Source: an uncultured Actinomycetes bacterium
GTDB lineage: Bacteria; Actinomycetota; UBA4738; HRBIN12
Reading direction: 5' to 3'
Assembly: GCA_963744515.1 (NCBI GenBank)
Contig: CAVUTN010000009.1
Coordinates: forward strand, 5,637-69,636
Length of the DNA stretch: 64,000 bases
Shown: piece after piece, positions 57,420 through 64,000 of the stretch
Layout: every line of letters begins with the position of its first letter
Position numbering within the stretch: position 1 is the first letter of the stretch
Position numbers and translations under genes: made by a program
Notes under the pieces: generated by a model
The model's database searches: none
What the model was told of the DNA's origin: nothing
What the model saw: only the letters and a program-made list of their open reading frames with translations

Positions 57420-57908
57420 GGTCGGCCGGCCGCGTCGTTCGGAACCCAGACGAGGCAGGTGACCCGGTCCCGAACGGCCCCGAGCGCCTTGCGGTAGCGC
57501 CGCTCGCGGAGGGCCGTTGCGATCCGGGCCGAACACGAACAGCCCCGGACGCACGTCGGCGACCAGCTCCAACAGCGCCTGCACCGGTCGCGGGCTCCGG
57601 ACCCTCAGCCGCTCCACGTGGACGCCGAGCGACCGCGCGAGCTCGGCCGAACGACGCAGCGACGCCGAGACCTCCGGCGTGAGCTCGGGGAGGGAGTCGT
57701 AGCCGAGGGTGATCGACATGCGGAGCGGTTCGAGCGCCGTCACGTTGGCCACGACGAGCCGCTGCCCGGACTCGACGGCGGTGTCGACCGCGAACACCGA
57801 CGCCTCCTCGTTCAGCGGGACACCCAGCGTCGCGAGCAGGACCGGGCGGCCGGCGGCGCCACGTCCCGTCGAGACGTCCGTCCCACGATCCCTGAGGTCG
57901 ACGCCCAT
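57416..57908 (-). CDS. Universal-stress-protein-like hypothetical protein
   Basis: PVLLATLG...AVDTAVESG..LVVANV...PGLFVFG; alpha/beta USP-like pattern. Confidence 0.6.
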
Positions 57909-57912
57909 CGGC

Positions 57913-58270
57913 TCACTCCGGGTGCAGCTGCCAGTGCGGGAGGTTCCGGGCCCGGCGCCGGACCTTCTGGCGCCACCGCGGCATGTAGACCAGGAACCAG
58001 AAGGCCATCAGCGCGAGGATGATCGGCAGGACGCGCTGGACGTTCATGTTGGCCAGGACGATCGCCGCCCCGACGCCGAACGCCAGCGAGCACCCCGACG
58101 ACCTGGAGGCGGTAGCGCCGCATCTCCCGCATGATCCCCCAGTACTCCTCGGCCGGGATCTGCTCGGTGTTCCACCGGCGCCCGCAGTCGGGGCACACCC
58201 ACCTCTGCCCGTACGGGACGCGCTCCACCTGGCCACAGTCGCAGCGGATCGTGATGGGGGCGCCACGCAT
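57913..58270 (-). CDS. Hypothetical Zn-ribbon membrane protein
   Basis: CDCG...WVCPDCGRRW followed by two TM segments. TACAAT -10 lies just upstream (leaderless). Confidence 0.65.
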
Positions 58271-58379
58271 CGGGCCGGATTGTATCCCCCGGGCACATCG
58301 GACCGTTTTGAACGCCCGAACCCAAAGTGCTATACCCCTCGCTGGCGTTCGACCGGATGCCTTTGGGAGGGGGATCGTC

Positions 58380-59894
58380 GTGGCTGAGGCCGTCATCGAG
58401 GAACGTCAGCTCCTCAAGACCCTGCACTGGTACGACGGGTTCGTCATCGCGCTGTGCCAGCCGGCCTTCCTCCTCGGGACGCTCGGCTTCACGCTCGCGA
58501 CGATCGGCGTCTGGGGATCGGTCCTGCTGTGGGGCATCTCGGCGACCGTCGGGCTGCTCCAGAACTTCATCTACTCCGAGACGGCCGCGATGTTCCCCGA
58601 CAAGCCCGGCGGGATCGCGCTCTACGCGCACGAGGGCTGGCGGTCGCGGTTCAGCCTGTTCGGGCCGATCGCCGCGTTCGGCTACTGGATCGGCTGGTCG
58701 GTCGTCCTCTCGTTCGTCGGCAACATCGTGGGCGCGCTGATCGTGGCGGAGTGGTTCCCCGAGTCGGGGGACGGCACGGGCGACGCGTACTTCAACCTGG
58801 GGTTCGCCGACTTCGGGCTCGCGCAGGTGATCGCGATCGTGGTGATCCTGGCGGTCTGGTCGTTCAACGTGCTCGGCGTCAAACCGTCGCTCGCCGTCGG
58901 CTACGTGACGGGCGCGCTGCTGATGGTGCCGCTGTTCATCTTCATCGTGATGCCGTACATCACCGGCGACTGGTCCAGCTCGAACCTGGAGTACGTCCAC
59001 AACGTCGGCGACCCGTCCCTCGGCTTCAGCGACCTCTCGATCGCGCTGATGTGGCTGTTCATCATGTGCTGGTCCGCGTACGGGATCGAGGTCTGCGCGA
59101 GCTTCGCCCCCGAATACCACGACACGAAGCGGGACACGGCCAAGGCGCTGAAGAGCGCCGCGGCGTTCTCGCTGTTCGTGTACATCTTCCTGCCCCTCGG
59201 CCTGGGTGGCGTGGTCGGTTCGACCGGCGACTACGGCAGCTTCTACGTGGCGGCGCTCAAGGAGATCGCCGGGGATGTGGTCGGCGGCTTCGCGGTCGTC
59301 TGTCTGATCGCGAGCCTGATCCTGGCGATGAACACGGCCACGGCGGACGGCGGCCGGGCGTTGTACGGGATCGCCCGCGACGACATGACGATCAAGTGGT
59401 TCCACCACCTGAACCGCTTCCACGTGCCCGCGCGCGGCATGACGGTCGACATGGTGGTGAACATCGGCCTGCTGCTCCTCCTCGGCGCGAACAACTTCGT
59501 GATCCTGTACATCTCGAACATCGGGTACGTGTTCTGCCACGTGCTGGCGCTCTCGGGGTTCCTGCTGCTCCGGCGAGACCGGCCCGGGTGGCCGCGCCCG
59601 ATCAAGGTGGGGAACGCGTGGCTGCCGATCGCCGGCGGTCCTTGCGCTGTTCAACCTGGTGCTGGTCGTCTACGGCATCTGGGATCAGGACTCTCGCCGC
59701 GTACCTCGGCTTCTACGAGTTCACCGGGCTGCCGCTCTACCTGGGGCTCGGCGTCCTGGTCGTGCGGTGCTCCTGTTCTTCTACCGGCGGGTCGTCCAGG
59801 ACAAGGCCAAGATCACGTTCCGCGACCGCGACGTGCCGACGATGCCGAACGAGGAGCAGATGGCGCTCCTGCGCGAGGAGTCGATCCGGCCTAG
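58380..59894 (+). CDS. APC family amino acid/amine permease (frameshifts near 3' end)
   Basis: Many TM helices, YSETAAMFPDKPGG, WSAYGIE, RALYGIARD, RPIK. Confidence 0.88.
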   Translation: MAEAVIEERQLLKTLHWYDGFVIALCQPAFLLGTLGFTLATIGVWGSVLLWGISATVGLLQNFIYSETAAMFPDKPGGIALYAHEGWRSRFSLFGPIAAFGYWIGWSVVLSFVGNIVGALIVAEWFPESGDGTGDAYFNLGFADFGLAQVIAIVVILAVWSFNVLGVKPSLAVGYVTGALLMVPLFIFIVMPYITGDWSSSNLEYVHNVGDPSLGFSDLSIALMWLFIMCWSAYGIEVCASFAPEYHDTKRDTAKALKSAAAFSLFVYIFLPLGLGGVVGSTGDYGSFYVAALKEIAGDVVGGFAVVCLIASLILAMNTATADGGRALYGIARDDMTIKWFHHLNRFHVPARGMTVDMVVNIGLLLLLGANNFVILYISNIGYVFCHVLALSGFLLLRRDRPGWPRPIKVGNAWLPIAGGPCAVQPGAGRLRHLGSGLSPRTSASTSSPGCRSTWGSASWSCGAPVLLPAGRPGQGQDHVPRPRRADDAERGADGAPARGVDPA

Positions 59895-59917
59895 CAGCTC
59901 CGACGAGCTCGTACCCG

Positions 59918-59946
59918 GACGGGGGCGGCCTTCGGCCGCCCCCGTC
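59918..59946 (+). terminator. Strong GC hairpin with a C(UUCG)G loop after the permease gene (no U-tract)
   Basis: GACGGGGGCGGCC-TTC-GGCCGCCCCCGTC, a perfect inverted repeat. Confidence 0.6.
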
Positions 59947-60039
59947 GCGTGTCCGGGGCGCCTCGCGTTGCCCGGCCCGAGCCTTCGAAACTAGGATGTG
60001 ACCTCGCTCGCGGACACCCACGCCACCAGGAGGACACCG

Positions 60040-61444
60040 ATGTCGGAGAAGATGTGGGGTTCGGAGCCCTTCTGGGGCCTGGGGTACGACTGGGATCCGG
60101 ACTGGGTCTACACCGATCGGCAGAAGGAACTCCGCGCCACCCTGATCGAGCTCTGCGAGAAGGAGCTGCGCGCCAACGCCAAGCGGTTCGACGACGAGCT
60201 GATGTTCCCGCGTCGGAACCTCGAGCTGCTCGGCGAGCACGGGTTCCTCGGCCTCACGGTGCCCGAGGAGTACGGCGGCCTCGGCGAGGACCACGTCGCC
60301 TACTCGATGGTGTGCGAGACGATCGCCCGGTACGGCTGCGCCTCGACCGCGATGTGCTACGTGATGCACATCGGCGCCGTGAACGCGATCATGCTGCGCC
60401 AGACGCCCGAGCTCGTCGACAAGTACATCCGCCCGCTCAACTCGGGCAAGATCGGCACGCTCTCGTACTCGGACCCCGAGACCGGGCTCGCACTTCTGGT
60501 ACCCGGTCTCCTCGGGCGCCGAGCGCTCCAACGGTGGCTACAAGGTCCGGAAGAAGGCGTCGTGGACGACCTCGGCCGGGTTCGCCGACTTCTACGTCGT
60601 CCAGACCACGAGCCCGGACTTCTCCGGCTACGACGACCTGTCCGTGTTCGTGGTCGACGGGGACCAGGTGCAGTCCCAGCCTTCGCTGTGGGACGCCCTC
60701 GGGCTGCGCGGGAACCAGTCCGGACCGCTCGAGGTCCCCAACGTCGAGATCCCCGCCACCCAGCTCGTCGGGCCCGAGGGCGACGGCGCGAACTCGAACG
60801 ACGAGTCCGTCGACCCCTGGTTCCTGATCGGCTCCTCGTCCGTGTGGAACGGGCTCGCGCTCGGGGCGATCGACATCGCCAAGCGCCACACGACCCGGAA
60901 GAAGCACGTCGACGTGGGCCTGCGGGTCGCCGACTACCCGACGATCCAGGACTACGTGGGCGAGGCGCTCATGGACACGAACGCCTCCCGCCTGTTCGTG
61001 CTCTCGGTCGCCCAGGCGATGGACCGCGAGACCGACGACAACACGAAGAACCCCGAGCCGGGGTCCCTGGCCCGGGGCAACTACCTGCACTGGGCGTGGC
61101 AGATCAAGTTCGAGGCCGCCAAGAACGTGGCGCACGTCGTGGACAAGATGCTGCACGCGTGCGGCGGCTCCGGCTACAAGCGCGACATGGAGCTCGAACG
61201 CTACCTGCGCGACGCGAAGGCCGGCTGGGTGATGGGCCCGACCAACGAGGTGCTCCGCCAGTTCGTCGGCAAGGCCGTGCTCCTGGGGTTCGAGTCGCTC
61301 GACTACTGGAACCAGTCGTACAACCGCCGGGCGGTCGAGAACGAGGTGAAGAAGCTCGACGCGGCCGGCAAGCGCGAGCTCGCCGAGCAGCTGCTGTCGG
61401 AGGCCTCGGAGCAGGAGCCCAAGGAACCGGCGAAGAAGGCCTAG
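60040..61444 (+). CDS. Acyl-CoA dehydrogenase-fold flavoprotein (frameshift ~60485)
   Basis: GLTVPEEYGGLG, SYSDPETG, LGLRGNQSG, GGSGY...LERYLRDA; WVMGPTNE in place of the usual IYEGT motif. Confidence 0.85.
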
Positions 61445-61447
61445 CGC

Positions 61448-63785
61448 ATGGCGGTCGGCAGCGGCCCGTCGAAGCTCCTGGTCGGAGGGTTCCGCGCGGC
61501 CGACCCGTCGTTCGAGCAGTACTGGGTGCGCCCGGGCGGCGCGACGGTCCTGGCGATCGCGCCCGAGGACCGGTTCACCGTGATCGACGTCGACGGCGGC
61601 CAGGTCGGCCGAGCTCACGATGCTCGCCCCCGACGGCACGGACGCGGCCGAGGCGATCGGCGCGCGGGCCGACGCGCCCGCGACGGTCGTGCGGGCGCTC
61701 GTCTCCTCGATGGTCGACGGCGCGCAGGAGGTCGTGCAGGATCTCGCCGGCCGCGGGCTGGACCCGAGCCGGGCGATGGCGGTCCGGCTGTTCGACGAGT
61801 GGTCGCCGCCGGGCTCCGAACAGTCGTTCCGCGCCGATCGCGAGGGCGTGCTCATCGTGGCCGCCCCGGCCGGCCGGCTCGTCGACGGCGCTCCCCCGCC
61901 GAGCGACCTCGTCGTCGAGGTCCACCGCGCGCGGCCGCGGACGGCGCAGGAGGTCGAGCTCCCCGCCCCGCTCGCCGAACCCCGCCTGGACTTCCGGATC
62001 GACCGGTCCACCGCCCGCAGCTACGAGGTGCAGGCCGGCGAGTTCATCCAGGTGATCGACGTCGAGGGCAAGCAGTGCTCGGACTTCCTGGCGTTCCACC
62101 GGCGCAAGCTCGACGACGGGGTCGAACGCGGGCTCGACGCGACCGTGACGCGGACGCTGATGGGCAACGCGTACCCGACGCCGGGACTGTCCGGGAAGTT
62201 CTACGACGCCGACATGGATCCGCTCGTCGAGGTCGTCCGGGACACGGTGGGCCGGCACGACACGTTCGCGCTCGCCTGCAACGCGAAGTACTACGAGGAC
62301 ATGGGGTACCCCGGTCACGTCAACTGCACGGACAACTTCAACGGGACCCTCACCGTGTACGAGATCGCCAAGCGCAAGGGCTGGCCGGCGCTCAACTTCT
62401 TCTTCAACACCGCGTTCAACGCCGACAACGTCCTGGTCTCGGACGAACCCTGGTCCCGCCCCGGCGACTACGTGCTCCTGCGCGCGATGACCGACCTCGT
62501 GTGCGCCTCGTCGGCCTGCCCGGACGACGTCGACCCCGCGAACGCCTGGAACCCCACCGACGTCCACGTGCGCGTCTACGCGCCCGAGCATCGGTTCAGC
62601 GTCGCGATCGCCCACCGCGTCACGCCCGAGGCCCGACCGGTCCTCACGCAGAAGACCGGGTTCCACCCGAGGGTCGAGGCGCTCACGAAGAACCTCGTCG
62701 AGTACAACGGGTACTGGCTGCCGTCCCACTTCTCGAACGAGGGCGCGATCGCCGAGTACTGGGCGTGCCGCGAGCACGCGGCGATCATGGACCTGTCGCC
62801 CCTGCGCAAGTTCGAGATCCTCGGGCCCGACGCCGAGGCGCTGCTGCAGGCGACGATCACGCGCGACGCGCGGCGGCTCTCGGTCGGCCAGGTCACGTAC
62901 ACGGCCGTGTGCAACGAGGCCGGCGGGATGATCGACGACGCCACGGTGTTCCGACTGGGGCAGGACAACTTCCGGTTCGTCGGCGGCGACGACTACGACG
63001 GCGTCTGGCTGAAGGAGCAGGCGGAGCGGCGCGGGCTGCACGCCTGGGTCAAGCCCTCGACCGACCAGCTGCACAACGTCGCCGTCCAGGGGCCGGCGAG
63101 CCGCGAGATCCTGCACGAGGTCGTCTGGGCCCCGCCCGCCCAGGGCTCGCTCGACGACCTCGGGTGGTTCCGCTTCCTCGTGGGCCGGGTGGGCGCGCCC
63201 GACGGGATCCCGATCGTGGTCTCGCGCACCGGCTACACGGGCGAGCTCGGCTACGAGGTCTGGTGCCATCCCGGCGACGCCGAGGCCGTCTGGGACGCGA
63301 TCTGGGAGGCCGGCGAGCCGCGCGGGCTCGCGCCGTTCGGCCTGGACGCGCTCGACATGGTCCGGATCGAGGCGGGGCTGATCGTGGCCGGCAACGAGTA
63401 CGACCAGCAGGTCGACCCGTTCGAGGCCGGGATCGGGTTCGCGGTCGACCTGCGGGGCGACGAGGACTTCGTCGGCCGCGCCGCGCTCGAGGAGCGCAAG
63501 GCCCACCCGCAGCGGACGCTCGTCGGGCTCGAGGTCGAGGGCAACGAGGCCGCCGGGCACGGCGACCCCGTGTTCGTCGGGCGCCAGGAGATCGGCGTCG
63601 TGACCTCGGGGACGCGTTCGCCGGTGCTGAAGCGGACGATCGCGCTCGCGCGCGTCGCGGTCGGGTTCGCCGAGCTCGGGACGAACGTCGAGGTCGGCAA
63701 GCTCGACGGGCTCCAGAAGCGGATCCCCGCCACCGTCGTCCGGTTCCCGTTCTACGACCCGGACAAGACCCGCCCGAGGTCCTAG
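61448..63785 (+). CDS. tdm: DUF1989-GcvT protein; probable trimethylamine N-oxide demethylase (frameshift ~61610)
   Basis: GKQCSDF, RHDTFALACNAKYYEDMGYPGHVNC, EPWSRPG, SSACPDD, plus a C-terminal GcvT fold (DLSPLRKF, RTGYTGELGYE, PFYDP). Confidence 0.78.
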
Positions 63786-63787
63786 CC

Positions 63788-64000
63788 GTGGCGACCGACG
63801 TCGCCGCCGAGCCGCTCGAACGCTTCACCGACGAACAGGTCGCGTCGTTCTGGCGCGACGGGTTCCTGATCGTCGAGGAGGGCCTCATCGCCCCCCGCGC
63901 GCTCGAACGCCTCCGCGAGCGCTACCTGCCGCTGTTCGAGGGCGAGTACGAGACCGGGATCCGGCCCGACGAGGTGAACTGGGTCAAGGGCCGAGATCCC
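63788..64000 (+). CDS. Phytanoyl-CoA dioxygenase (PhyH) family protein, partial
   Basis: FTDEQVASFWRDGFLIVE.., an N-terminus typical of PhyH-family Fe/2OG dioxygenases. Truncated by the window end. Confidence 0.65.
   Translation, partial: MATDVAAEPLERFTDEQVASFWRDGFLIVEEGLIAPRALERLRERYLPLFEGEYETGIRPDEVNWVKGRDP

Noticed and set aside
5121-62011. Many long Arg/Pro/Ala-rich alternative-frame and antisense ORFs
   Set aside because: Shadow ORFs expected at very high GC, overlapping well-supported genes and lacking recognisable motifs.
482-63785. Widespread frameshifts read as pseudogenes or programmed frameshifting
   Set aside because: They hit essential genes (murD/E/F, mraY) with intact motifs on both sides. 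This pattern fits uncorrected long-read indels.

Overview
High-GC chromosomal window from an Actinomycetota bacterium (inferred from gene content, synteny and the LexA-box form). Single-base indels break many genes, including essential ones, so I treat them as long-read/MAG assembly errors. Many gene boundaries below are reconstructed across frames and are approximate. 1-9.5 kb: dcw cluster (ftsW-murD-mraY-murF-murE-ftsI-ftsL-rsmH-small ORF-mraZ). 9.7-22 kb: HNH nuclease, MoxR-DUF58-transglutaminase, MerR regulator, DUF3040, and a DUF6504-MBL hydrolase-dnaE2-dinB mutagenesis operon behind a perfect LexA box. 22-46 kb: housekeeping and accessory metabolism, including formimidoyltransferase/cyclodeaminase, sqdB plus a GT2, pseudouridine catabolism, TPP riboswitch-thiE-AIR-synthase family, PASTA kinase, nfo, ppa, two pfk paralogs, ferritin, and carbamate kinase with an ArcE-like arginine synthetase. 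46-64 kb: the most interesting part, a putative methylated-amine/C1 catabolic island. It holds a split selenocysteine formate dehydrogenase (in-frame TGA plus SECIS), a heterotetrameric sarcosine-oxidase-like enzyme, an APC permease, an atypical acyl-CoA-dehydrogenase-fold flavoprotein, a TMAO-demethylase (Tdm)-like protein and a PhyH dioxygenase. Two candidate structured RNAs were also noticed. No CRISPR array, rRNA, tRNA or transposase was found.
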